DNA of 64,000 nt from Gemmatimonadota bacterium (GTDB lineage: Bacteria; Gemmatimonadota; Gemmatimonadetes; Palauibacterales; Palauibacteraceae), in the NCBI GenBank assembly GCA_963666735.1, contig OY762926.1:1440001-1504000 (forward strand). Direction: 5' to 3'. Positions 18,943-27,854 of the stretch are shown in pieces; position 1 is the stretch's first letter; every line of letters starts with the position of its first letter. The notes under the pieces were generated by a model, which saw nothing but the letters and a program-made list of their open reading frames with translations, searched no databases and was not told the origin of the DNA. A program made the translations under genes and the position numbers.

Positions 18943-20538
18943 TCAGGACGGCCGGGCCCGGTCGTCGAAGAGCGCCTGCACGGCCGGCTTCCTCACCTTG
19001 CCCATCGCGTTCCGGGGCAGGTCTCCGACGCAGAGCCAGGCGCGCGGCACCTTGTAGCGCGCGAGCCGCTCGCGGATCCACGGATCCAGCCGTTCGGCGA
19101 GCGCGTCCGACCGCGGCGCCGCGCCGGGTTCGGGGACGACCGCGGCGGCGATCCGTTCTCCCCAGTCCTCGTCCGGGATCCCGACCACGGCGCAGTCGCG
19201 AACCTCCGGGTGCGCGCGCAGGAGTTCCTCGATCTCGACCGCCGAGATCTTGTAGCCGCCGCTCTTGAGGATGTCGACGGAGCGGCGCCCCAGAAGACGG
19301 TAGTAGCCGTCCTCGAGGACTGCCTCATCTCCGGTCAGGAACCACCCGTCAACGAAGGCGGCCGCCGTCTCGCGGGGACGGCGCCAGTATTCGGAGAACA
19401 CCATGGGGCCGCGAATCCGGATTTCCCCCGACTCTCCCGGCTCCCGGGCTTCCAGGGCTTCCACGCCCTCCGCGAGCACGCGCCCCGTGGCCGGGCGCAC
19501 GAGACGCAGGCCGACGCCGGGCAGAGGCTGGCCCACGGTGCCCGGCCGCCGCTCGCCGTCATAGGGATTCGAGAGCCCCATGCCGATCTCCGTCATGCCG
19601 TAGCGCTCGAGGAGGCGGTGCCCGGTGATCTCCTCCCACCGCCGGAACACGCGCACGGGGAGGGCCGCCGAACCCGACACCATCAGCCGGAGCGCGCTCA
19701 CGCCCCGCGACCAGCGGCCGCGGTCGGAGTCTTCCGCAGCTTCCCAGGCGCGCAGGAGCTTGGCGTAGATCGTCGGCACGGCCATGAACACGCTGATGTC
19801 GCCCGAGGCGAGTCGCTCCCAGGTGCGCGCCGGGTCGAACGACCCGCCGAACTCCACCGCGGCCCCCGCGTAGAGCGGACAGCAGAGGGCGTTGACGATT
19901 CCGTGCGTGTGATGAAGGGGGAGGACGTGAAGGATGCGGTCGTCGCGCTCCCACCTCCACGCATCGAGCAGCGACCGGATGTGCGCCTCGATCTGGCCGT
20001 GCGTCGTCACGACTCCCTTGGGGCGTCCCGTCGTGCCGCTGGTGTAGAGGATCATCGCGGGCCGGTCCAGCCCGACCGGTGGCAGCGGACCCGGGTCGGG
20101 CGCGTCGAACGCGGCAGAGTCTGCGTTCGTTGCGGATGCGTCGCGAGATGCGTCGTGAAACGGGATGCCGCGCTCCCGCGCGGGGCCCTCAATGCGACCG
20201 CCCGTTTCTCCGGCCCCGATGAGCGCGCCGCAGTCCGCGTCATCGATCACGTATTCGATCTCGCGCGCGGGATGGTCCGGACAGAGGGGCACGGCGATCC
20301 CGCCGGCGCGCCAGATGGCCCACTGGGTGACGACGTACTCGAATCCCGGCTCCATGAGGAACCCCACCCGGGCCCCGTCCAGATCGGCGAGCCCCACCCG
20401 GGAGAGGAGCCGGCGTGCCTGGAGTCGTGAGCCGGCCTCGAGTTCTTCATATGTATGAGAGGCGCTGTCGGCGATCACCGCGGCACGCGCCGACCACTCG
20501 CGGGGCCGATGGATTAGAGGGGGGACGTTCACGCCCAC
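18943..20538 (-). CDS. Malonyl-CoA synthetase-like acyl-CoA ligase (MatB/ACSF3-like)
   Basis: YTSGTTGRPKG, LPLHHTHG, ERYGMTE signature and LPRNAMGKV. Confidence 0.85.
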   Translation of the reverse strand: MGVNVPPLIHRPREWSARAAVIADSASHTYEELEAGSRLQARRLLSRVGLADLDGARVGFLMEPGFEYVVTQWAIWRAGGIAVPLCPDHPAREIEYVIDDADCGALIGAGETGGRIEGPARERGIPFHDASRDASATNADSAAFDAPDPGPLPPVGLDRPAMILYTSGTTGRPKGVVTTHGQIEAHIRSLLDAWRWERDDRILHVLPLHHTHGIVNALCCPLYAGAAVEFGGSFDPARTWERLASGDISVFMAVPTIYAKLLRAWEAAEDSDRGRWSRGVSALRLMVSGSAALPVRVFRRWEEITGHRLLERYGMTEIGMGLSNPYDGERRPGTVGQPLPGVGLRLVRPATGRVLAEGVEALEAREPGESGEIRIRGPMVFSEYWRRPRETAAAFVDGWFLTGDEAVLEDGYYRLLGRRSVDILKSGGYKISAVEIEELLRAHPEVRDCAVVGIPDEDWGERIAAAVVPEPGAAPRSDALAERLDPWIRERLARYKVPRAWLCVGDLPRNAMGKVRKPAVQALFDDRARPS

Positions 20539-20602
20539 CGATCAGCGTCGATTACGCGCACGAGCGCGGCTGTGCCGGAGAGAGTCAGGAGCGGGGGCCT
20601 CC

Positions 20603-20857
20603 CTACTTTGCGTGCGCTTCGTAGTAGGCGCGAAGGATCGCATTGATCCTCGTCTGATACCCTCGGCCCTGCTCCTTCAACCACGCGAGGACATCGCTGT
20701 CGAGACGAATCGTGACCTGCTTCTTGCCGGGGGGAACCACGATCCGCGCAGTCGCAAGAAACGCGGCATCGACCTCCGGGATGTCCGAGTAATTGATACT
20801 CTCATCCGTCATCTGATCGATTCGCTTCAGATCGCTCTTCGTACGCTTGTTGCTCAC
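20603..20857 (-). CDS. brnA: BrnA antitoxin family protein
   Basis: INYSDIPE and KKQVTIRLDSDVLAWLKEQGRGYQTRINAILRAY. Confidence 0.9.
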   Translation of the reverse strand: MSNKRTKSDLKRIDQMTDESINYSDIPEVDAAFLATARIVVPPGKKQVTIRLDSDVLAWLKEQGRGYQTRINAILRAYYEAHAK

Positions 20858-20978
20858 GGCTATTCGCCTTTCTCATCGAGATGGTCCGCATGTTCCCGTT
20901 GCGTGGCGTGTGGGCGATGATTCATACAATGCTCCCGCGCCCCTCCCATCCCCTTGGTTGACACAAACACATTTCCAT
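20802..20978 (-). pseudogene. brnT: BrnT toxin remnant (short, in-frame TGA)
   Basis: Frame reads MEMCLCQPRGWEGRGSIV*IIAHTPRNGNMRTISMRKANSREQQAYEE...; the C-terminus matches the BrnT R.IS.RKA..RE..Y pattern and overlaps brnA. Confidence 0.75.
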
Positions 20979-20981
20979 GTA

Positions 20982-21018
20982 TACCTACACTTGTAGGTAC
21001 GACCACATCCGATGTCAA
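20982..21018 (-). promoter_or_regulatory. Sigma70-like promoter TTGACA-17-TACAAG with overlapping palindrome TACCTACA-CT-TGTAGGTA (likely BrnA operator)
   Basis: -35 at 21018-21013; perfect 8-bp inverted repeat at 20982-20989 and 20992-20999 covering the -10. Confidence 0.7.
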
Positions 21019-21028
21019 GGACGGGTGG

Positions 21029-21934
21029 TCAAGCCGGGCGCGGTCGGGCGCGGTCGGCGGCGCGCGACAGCACGCGGGAGGTCAGGACGCGGATCAGGTG
21101 CCGGCGGTACGCCTCGTTGGCGTGCATGTCGGCGGCGGGGTCGGAGGTCTCCGCGCATGTGGCGGCGGCGGCTTCGATCGCTGTCGGCGCCGGCTCCGCG
21201 CCGACGAGTGTCTGCGCGGCCTCTCTCATCAGACAGGGGGTGGATCCCCCGTTCACGAGCGAGATCGCAGCATCATCGCAGACCCCGCCGGAGTCCAGCC
21301 GCACTCGCGCCGCGACGCCGGCGAGCGCGTAGTCGCCTCGGCGCCGGGCGATCTCGTCGAAGGCCGTCCCCTCTCCCGCGACGGACGGCGGCACTTCGAT
21401 CGCGGTCAGGAGTTCATCGGGATCGAGGGCGGAGTAGAACGGGCCGAGGAAGAAGTCGCCCAGATCCAGGGTCCGCTGCGCGCGAGAGCCGGACTCCCCG
21501 TCGCGCGAGCGGCGCGCGATCCGCACGCGCGCCCCGAGCGTGAGGAGGACGGCGGGCAGTTCCGCGGCCGGATCGGCGTGGGCCACGGAGCCTCCGACCG
21601 TACCCCGCGAACGAATCTGCGGGTGGGCGATGAAGGGAGCCGTCTCGGCCAGGAGCGGCGTCCGGCGCGCGATGAGCGGTTCGTGTTCCAGCCGACGATG
21701 CCGGACCATGGCGCCGAGACGGAGCCCTCCACCCTCCATCTCCTCCACCCGCGCCAGTTCCTCGATCCCGTTCAGGTCCACGAGCCGTTCCGGCGCCGCG
21801 AGACGGAAGTTCAGCATGGGGACGAGGCTCTGTCCCCCCGCCAGGGGACGTGTCTCCAGCGACGTGTCCGCGAGCGCCTCCAGGGCCTCGTCGAGCGTGG
21901 CCGCGGCCAGGTACTCGAAGGACGGGGGCTTCAC
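21029..21934 (-). CDS. Xanthine dehydrogenase family FAD-binding subunit (CoxM/CutM-like)
   Basis: AGGQSLVP, HPQIRSRGTVGGS.AHADPAAE and RRRGDYA. Confidence 0.93.
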   Translation of the reverse strand: MKPPSFEYLAAATLDEALEALADTSLETRPLAGGQSLVPMLNFRLAAPERLVDLNGIEELARVEEMEGGGLRLGAMVRHRRLEHEPLIARRTPLLAETAPFIAHPQIRSRGTVGGSVAHADPAAELPAVLLTLGARVRIARRSRDGESGSRAQRTLDLGDFFLGPFYSALDPDELLTAIEVPPSVAGEGTAFDEIARRRGDYALAGVAARVRLDSGGVCDDAAISLVNGGSTPCLMREAAQTLVGAEPAPTAIEAAAATCAETSDPAADMHANEAYRRHLIRVLTSRVLSRAADRARPRPA

Positions 21935-24324
21935 GACGCGCCCGCCGGGGGCACCGCTCGTGGCCCCGGACTCTGCTTCGCGTGCGCCTGAAGGAGTTCG
22001 AACAGGCGGCGCGGACTCGAGGGGATATCGAGGATCTCAAGTCCCGGTGCGATGCCGGCCAGCGCATCCTCCACGGCCTGCGCGAAGGCGGCCGCGACCG
22101 GGATCGCCCCCCCCTCCCCCACCCCCTTCGTCCCGAGAGGGTTCAGCGTCGAGGGCGTCTCGATGTGCGCCGTCTCGATCGCGGGCACGTCGGTCGAGGT
22201 CGGGAGCAGGTAATCCATGAACGAGGCGTTGCTCGTCCCGCCGAACTCGTCGAACACGAGTTCCTCGTAGAAGGCGTTGCCGATCCCCGCCGCGACGCCG
22301 CCGTGGATCTGCCCTTCCACGATCGTGGGGTTGATGACCGTCCCGCAGTCGTGCACGACGAGGTAGCGCAGGATCTCGACCATCGCCGTCTCCGGATCCA
22401 CCGCGACGACGACGGCGTGCGTCCCGTTGGCGGTCGTCCCGTACGGCGGGCCGAAGTACGAGGTCGCCTCCAGGCCCGGCTCGGTGCCGGGCTCCACGGC
22501 CCCGCGCAATGGGTTGGCGGCCAGCGCCAGCGCGCCGAGATCGACGGAGAGGTCCGGGGCGCCCCGCACGCGGGCTGCGCCGTCGGCGAGTTCGAGGTCC
22601 TCGGGGTCGACCTCGAGCGCCTCCGCGGCGTGGCGCAGAATCTTCTCGCGCACCGATTGCGCCGCGGCGTGGATCGCGTTGCCGGCGACGACCGCCCCGC
22701 GGCTCGCGAAGGTGCCCGTCCCCCAGTGGAAGTCGCTCGTGTCCCCGGTCACGACCCGCACGTCGGACGGCGTCACCCCGATCGCGTCGGCCACGATCTG
22801 CGCGAAGGAAGTGAAGTGCCCCTGGCCCTGGGTTCCGACGCCGGTCGCGAGACGGACCGTGCCGCCGGGCTCGACGGTGATGCGGGCCCCCTCGTAGGGA
22901 CCGATCCCCGTCCCTTCCACGTAGTTGACGACGCCGACGCCGACCGCGCGTCCGTCCGCCCGCACCCGCTCGCGTTCCCGCGGGAACGTCTCTTCGTAGC
23001 CGACGAGGCGGACGGTCTCTTCCAGCGACTCCTCGTAACTGCCGCTGTCGTAGCGGAGCGGGGCGAAGTCCTGGTACATGATCTCGTGATTGTACGGGAA
23101 CTCGTCCGGGCCGATCACGTTGCGCCGCCGGATCTCGACCGGATCGAGGCCGAGGCCGCGCGCCGCGAGGTCGAGCAGGCGCTCCATGACGAACACGCCG
23201 TGCTGCCGTCCCGCCCCCCGCACGGGCGTGACGATCGGCTTGTTCGTGAACGCGACCCGGAACTCGCTCTCGTAGTTCGGCACCCGGTAGGGCCCGAGAA
23301 GCGTGCACTGGGTGTTGATGGGGATCGTGAGACCGTAGGGGTCGTACGCGCCGGAATCGTGGACGAAGATGTCCCGCACGCCCAGGATCCGGCCCTCGCG
23401 CGTGACCGCGATCTCCGCCTCGTGCAGTTGCCCCCGCTCCTGGGTGGTGGCGAAGAAGTTCTCGTACCGGTCCTCGACCCACTTCACGGGCCGCCCCAGC
23501 TGGATCGACGCCCAGGGGACGAGGATCTCCTCCGCGTAGAACATGATCTTCGGGCCGAAACCGCCGCCGACGAAGGGGGCGACGAACCGCACCTGCGACT
23601 CCGACAGGCCGAGAGCCGCGGCCACGACGTTGCGCACGGGGATGGGAGCCTGCGTCGTGTCCCATACCTGCAGCCGGCCGGCCCGCGCATCCCACTCGGC
23701 CACGACGGCCCGGTTCTCGATCGCGCCCCCGATTCCCCGGTCGTATGAGAAGCGGCGCTCCAGCACGAGGTCGGCCCGGGCGCGGGCGGCGGCGTAGTCC
23801 CCCTTCGCCTGCCGAACGTGCGCCGCAAGGTTCGACGGGAGGTCGTCGTGTACGCGAGGCGCATCCGCATCGAGCGCCCGCCCGAGATCCACGACGGGAT
23901 CGAGCGGTTCGATGTCGGCCTCCACGAGTTGGGCCGCGTCCTCGGCGACGTAGCGGCTCTCCGCGACGATCATGGCCAGCGCCTCGCCCTGATGCCGGAT
24001 CCGGTCGCGGACCAGGGGGAGCGCCGTGCGCGCGTGGAACACCAGTCCTTCGAGCGGCGGCGGCGGCACGAGTACCGCGCCGGGCCGGAGGAGCGAGCCG
24101 AGGTCGTCGGCCGTGAAGACGGCGCGGACGCCGGGGTGCGCCCGGGCGCTCTCCACATCGAGGCTCCGGAGCCGCCCGGCGGGCAGGTCGCTCCGCACGA
24201 AGGCGACGTGCAGCGCGCCCGGCGGCTCAACGTCTTCGACGAACTGCGCGCGGCCGGTGAGCAGCCGCGCGTCCTCGTTGCGTGGCACCCGCGCCCCGAC
24301 CCACGTCCCTCCCGCGCGGCTCAT
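21931..24324 (-). CDS. Xanthine dehydrogenase family molybdopterin-binding subunit (CoxL/CutL-like, not form I CODH)
   Basis: REDARLLTG-type start, VGGGFGPK, PVRGAGR, QGQGH, GTFASR and KGVGE. Confidence 0.93.
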   Translation of the reverse strand: MSRAGGTWVGARVPRNEDARLLTGRAQFVEDVEPPGALHVAFVRSDLPAGRLRSLDVESARAHPGVRAVFTADDLGSLLRPGAVLVPPPPLEGLVFHARTALPLVRDRIRHQGEALAMIVAESRYVAEDAAQLVEADIEPLDPVVDLGRALDADAPRVHDDLPSNLAAHVRQAKGDYAAARARADLVLERRFSYDRGIGGAIENRAVVAEWDARAGRLQVWDTTQAPIPVRNVVAAALGLSESQVRFVAPFVGGGFGPKIMFYAEEILVPWASIQLGRPVKWVEDRYENFFATTQERGQLHEAEIAVTREGRILGVRDIFVHDSGAYDPYGLTIPINTQCTLLGPYRVPNYESEFRVAFTNKPIVTPVRGAGRQHGVFVMERLLDLAARGLGLDPVEIRRRNVIGPDEFPYNHEIMYQDFAPLRYDSGSYEESLEETVRLVGYEETFPRERERVRADGRAVGVGVVNYVEGTGIGPYEGARITVEPGGTVRLATGVGTQGQGHFTSFAQIVADAIGVTPSDVRVVTGDTSDFHWGTGTFASRGAVVAGNAIHAAAQSVREKILRHAAEALEVDPEDLELADGAARVRGAPDLSVDLGALALAANPLRGAVEPGTEPGLEATSYFGPPYGTTANGTHAVVVAVDPETAMVEILRYLVVHDCGTVINPTIVEGQIHGGVAAGIGNAFYEELVFDEFGGTSNASFMDYLLPTSTDVPAIETAHIETPSTLNPLGTKGVGEGGAIPVAAAFAQAVEDALAGIAPGLEILDIPSSPRRLFELLQAHAKQSPGPRAVPPAGAS
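22973..22988. repeat. Perfect 16-bp palindrome CGTTCCCGCGGGAACG (copy 2, intragenic)
   Basis: Read directly; lies in the codons for TFPRER. Confidence 0.7.
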
Positions 24325-24340
24325 GCGCGACCCGGACGGC

Positions 24341-24889
24341 TCACGGCTCGCCCTCCCCACCGGCGGCGGTCGGGCCATCGGAGGCGGGGCCAGCCGCTGC
24401 GAGGCGCTCGGCCGCCCGCGCGACCCCCTCGACGATGTTGTGGTAGCCCGTGCAGCGGCACAGGTGTCCGGACACCGCCTCGCGGATCTCCTCGCGCGAA
24501 GGCGCCGGGTTCTCGCGCAGGAAGGCCTCCGCCGTCATCAGGATCCCCGGGGTGCAGAAGCCGCATTGCAGCCCGTGCGCCTCGTGCAGCGCCCGCTGGA
24601 CCGGGTGCAGGTCCTCGACGAAGAGCCGGCCGCCGGGGCCGCCGTCCGCCAGTCCCTCGACCGTCATCACCTCGTGACCGTCGATCTGCACCGCGAACAT
24701 GAGACAGGCTCGAACCGGTTCCCCGTCCAGTTGCACGGTGCAGGCCCCGCACACCCCGTGCTCGCACCCCACATGCGTCCCCGTGAGCCCGGCGTCGGAG
24801 CGCAGGAAATCCGACAGGAGGAGCCGCGGCTCCACTTCGCCGCGCCACTCGATGCCGTTGATCCGCGCGGATATTCGTACGGAGACCAA
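24341..24889 (-). CDS. (2Fe-2S)-binding subunit (CoxS/CutS-like)
   Basis: GCEHGVCGACTV, QCGFCTPG and LCRCTGY; TTG 24889 chosen as start. Confidence 0.93.
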   Translation of the reverse strand: MVSVRISARINGIEWRGEVEPRLLLSDFLRSDAGLTGTHVGCEHGVCGACTVQLDGEPVRACLMFAVQIDGHEVMTVEGLADGGPGGRLFVEDLHPVQRALHEAHGLQCGFCTPGILMTAEAFLRENPAPSREEIREAVSGHLCRCTGYHNIVEGVARAAERLAAAGPASDGPTAAGGEGEP

Positions 24890-24894
24890 CGCCG

Positions 24895-26913
24895 CTACGG
24901 GACGAGTTCCTGGCGCGGCTGGAGCTTCACCGCCCACAGCCCGCTGAAGTACTCCGCGAAGAAGAGGTTCCCCTTATGGATCTGCGGCCCCCACGTGAAG
25001 GGCGCGTTCGCCACCACGCCGTCCGGATCGTACGCCATGTAGCGCGCGATCTCACGACCCTGTTCGCCCAGGTTTCCCTTCAGTTCGCCGGAGATGTCGA
25101 GCACGCGCAGCCCGCCGTTGTAGAACGCCGCGTAGAGCTTGTCGTCCTCGATCCACATGTTGTGCGAGCCCGCCTCGGGGATGTCGTAGCGGGCGACTTC
25201 CTCCGGGTTTTCGGGATCCGTGAAGTCCACCACGTGGATGTAGCCCGACATGAACTGGGGCGTACGCTCCGGATCCTGCCCGTCGAACCCCGGCCGCCCC
25301 GCCTCATCTCCCATGAACACGTAGAAGCGTCCCGTGGGACTCCGGTACGGGAAGGCCGCGTGCGTCCGCCCGCCGATGTCGCGGAAGCGCGTGATTTCCA
25401 CCGGATTTGAGGGTGAGCCGCCGCGGTCGCCGCCGCCCACGTCGATGAGCACGACACCGTCGCCCCAGTTCGAGGTGTACGCGATCCCGTCCACGATCCA
25501 GATGTCGTGGATCGCGTGGCCCGGCGTATCGAGTTCGAACCGGCCCACGCGGTGCGGGCTGGCGGGATCCTCGATGTTGATGACGTCGAAGCGCCGCCCG
25601 TTGTTCACCGCGTACACGTGGTCCTGGTAGACGAACAGGTTGTGGACGCCGCCCGTGAGTTCGTCGTCGAACACCGAGATCTGCGTCACCTCCCGCGGGT
25701 CCCGGCAGTCGAGGATGACGATCCCGTTGCGGCGGTTCGAGGCCCCTTCGCGCGAGATCACGCAGACCTCTCCGTCCTCGCTCACCTTCACGTCGTTCGT
25801 CGTGCGCGCATCGACCACGACGGAGTCCGTGAGGACGGGACTCGCCGGATCCGTCACATCCCAGAAGTAGACGGCGCCCGCCGCGGCGTGCGTGCCCGTG
25901 ATCGCGTAGTCGCGCCCGTCGACGCCCTCCCACACCCACAGGTCCGAGGTGCGCTCGTTGTTCACCTGCCCCTGCCCGACGAACGTCACTTCCTGGGAAG
26001 CGTGCCGCGGATGGACCTCCAGCGAGGTGCGCGCGGCGCGGCCCGGCACGTTGGCCACGACCGTGTACACGCCGGGGAAGTAGGCCACGAAGCGGCCCTG
26101 CTCATCGATCTCCGCCGGGGGGATGTCCGCCGTCGCCTCGATGGAGGGATCCGACATCACGGTCCAGGTGACCGGCAGGTCGCCCACGGCGCCGCCCATC
26201 GCGTCCTCGACCGTCGCCTCGAACCGCACCACGTCGCCCGTTCGCGCCCGTTCGGCGCTCCCCGACACCGTCAGGCGAGCGGCGGGGTTCTCCCTGACCT
26301 CGTAGGGAACCTCCGCGGAGATGCCTTCCGCTTCCGCCTGCAGCACCACCTGTCCCGGAGCGTGCGCCGTGAGGATGCCGAACCGGTCCACCGTTGCGAC
26401 CCCCTCGTCCGACGTGGACCAGCGGATCTCGCCATCACGCTCATCGTCCACCGTGTCGAGCAGCGTCGCCCGGTGGCGCGTCGCGACGCCCACGTACGTC
26501 GACCCGTCCGCCGGCGTCACATCGATCCGGTCCAGCGGGGGGAAGGCCACGCTCACCATCGCCTCGCCACGCAGGCCGCGCGCCGTTGCCACGATGGCCG
26601 AAATCAGGAACTCACCGCCCTTCACGGCTCGCACCCGACCGGTCGCGCGGTCCACGTCGATGCTCTGGCGCGCACTCCCGCTCCGCCCGTCCGCGAACGA
26701 CGGGAAGAACAGGACCTGCGCTTCGAGCACGTTCCCCTCGGCATCCAGGACGCGGGCTTCGAGCGTGGCCTCCTCCCCTACCTCCAGCGACAGCGCGCCG
26801 GGGACGATCTCGACCGAGACCGCCTCCTGCGCCGCGGCGGGAGCAATCGCTGGAAATCTGGCGGCCGAGAGCAAGAGGAGCGTGAGGACTACGGGGCGGG
26901 CGGGAATCTTCAT
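24895..26913 (-). CDS. Secreted Ig-like (Big_2) domains plus LVIVD-repeat beta-propeller protein
   Basis: Signal peptide; WSTSDEGVATVD Ig-like repeats; repeated xDVTDP/DFTDP/LRVLDIS blades. Confidence 0.85.
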   Translation of the reverse strand: MKIPARPVVLTLLLLSAARFPAIAPAAAQEAVSVEIVPGALSLEVGEEATLEARVLDAEGNVLEAQVLFFPSFADGRSGSARQSIDVDRATGRVRAVKGGEFLISAIVATARGLRGEAMVSVAFPPLDRIDVTPADGSTYVGVATRHRATLLDTVDDERDGEIRWSTSDEGVATVDRFGILTAHAPGQVVLQAEAEGISAEVPYEVRENPAARLTVSGSAERARTGDVVRFEATVEDAMGGAVGDLPVTWTVMSDPSIEATADIPPAEIDEQGRFVAYFPGVYTVVANVPGRAARTSLEVHPRHASQEVTFVGQGQVNNERTSDLWVWEGVDGRDYAITGTHAAAGAVYFWDVTDPASPVLTDSVVVDARTTNDVKVSEDGEVCVISREGASNRRNGIVILDCRDPREVTQISVFDDELTGGVHNLFVYQDHVYAVNNGRRFDVINIEDPASPHRVGRFELDTPGHAIHDIWIVDGIAYTSNWGDGVVLIDVGGGDRGGSPSNPVEITRFRDIGGRTHAAFPYRSPTGRFYVFMGDEAGRPGFDGQDPERTPQFMSGYIHVVDFTDPENPEEVARYDIPEAGSHNMWIEDDKLYAAFYNGGLRVLDISGELKGNLGEQGREIARYMAYDPDGVVANAPFTWGPQIHKGNLFFAEYFSGLWAVKLQPRQELVP

Positions 26914-26999
26914 CGTTCGACCTTCGTCTCCGGGAAGTGCGGACCAGACGCCCCAAGATGTCCGTTTCGGAAGCAATGGCGCAAACCAGTCGGGGATCG

Positions 27000-27596
27000 C
27001 TAAACGGCTTGGGCGATCGCCCCCAGTGCACGCTGGCGCTGCCTGGCGCGATCGTCGAGCACATCTTCCTTCGCTGCCATGATCGCGCCACGAACCAAAT
27101 CACTCCTGGTGGCGCCCTCCGTAGCGACGGTGACCTCGCGCAACCAGACCAGAAGCTCCGGCTGAACTCTCAAGCGTAGATTCTTCCGGCACCTTCCCGT
27201 CGCCAACCGGCTCTTGGAGAGTGCACTCAGCCGGCGAGCCATATCGGCGTCGGAGGAGGCCAAGGTCAAGTAGTATCGAATAACCGCGGAAGCGAACTGT
27301 TTGGGCGCCGCGTGATAGTGGTCGGCAACGAGGTGAAGCACGTCGTCGAGTTCCCGAGGCATCCGGACGCTCATCGCCTTCTCCTTCGTCGCGTCCCTCG
27401 CCGCTTTCAGTTTTGGCGTCGACTGGGCGGGCACCGTCAGAACTTCTCCGGTTTCGGCGTCCACGCCCACAAGAACGTTCCTGACCGTGGCATTCGACTT
27501 CTCGAGTTCGACCGTTCGGTACTCGTAAACGACTTCGACGCGCCCGCGTTCGGGTGCCAACGCGTACCCGCGATCTCCTTCCCGCAAGATCTTCAT
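27000..27596 (-). CDS. Putative antitoxin/regulator: Cys-less MqsA-like ribbon plus two ribbon-helix-helix-like units
   Basis: N-terminal beta-rich ribbon with APERG and VDAETG at the knuckle positions; KAMSVRMPRELD... and KNLRLRVQPELL...TRSDLVRGAI. Confidence 0.55.
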   Translation of the reverse strand: MKILREGDRGYALAPERGRVEVVYEYRTVELEKSNATVRNVLVGVDAETGEVLTVPAQSTPKLKAARDATKEKAMSVRMPRELDDVLHLVADHYHAAPKQFASAVIRYYLTLASSDADMARRLSALSKSRLATGRCRKNLRLRVQPELLVWLREVTVATEGATRSDLVRGAIMAAKEDVLDDRARQRQRALGAIAQAV

Positions 27597-27597
27597 C

Positions 27598-27660
27598 TCA
27601 ACTCTCTGTTCGATGAACGCTTATGAACATCGCCTTCCGGTCGTCCCGGCTGGACTCAAG
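27598..27660 (-). pseudogene. Possible C-terminal remnant of an MqsR/RelE-like toxin
   Basis: Frame ...RKAMFISVHRTES* stops 1 nt before the antitoxin ATG; no intact upstream ORF. Confidence 0.4.
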
Positions 27661-27703
27661 GGAAGCTACAGCGCCGCATGATACCGTGAAACGAACATTC
27701 GCC

Positions 27704-27739
27704 TTGCCGTACGATCATGGTAGTACTATCATGATAGTA
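27704..27739 (+). promoter_or_regulatory. Sigma70 promoter TTGCCG-17-TATCAT overlapped by two tandem BlaI-type operators
   Basis: TACGATCATGGTAGTA (27710-27725) and the perfect palindrome TACTATCATGATAGTA (27724-27739) lie upstream of the BlaI gene. Confidence 0.8.
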
Positions 27740-27854
27740 TCATTCACGCGAAGGGCAGCTGGGTCGTGAACGGGATCCAGTACGGCGGCGGTTCGCGACT
27801 GCACCGCCTCCGGGTTCGAGGTCTCACGACTCCGGAACCGACCAGGAGAGAGAA

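Noticed and set aside
21931..24324. Aerobic CO dehydrogenase call
   Set aside because: The active-site loop is PVRGAGR rather than the form I AYxCSFR, gene order is S-L-M, and no cox accessory genes are adjacent.
27780..27840. tRNA-like GGTTCGA in the blaI leader
   Set aside because: I could not build an acceptor stem, D-arm or anticodon arm.
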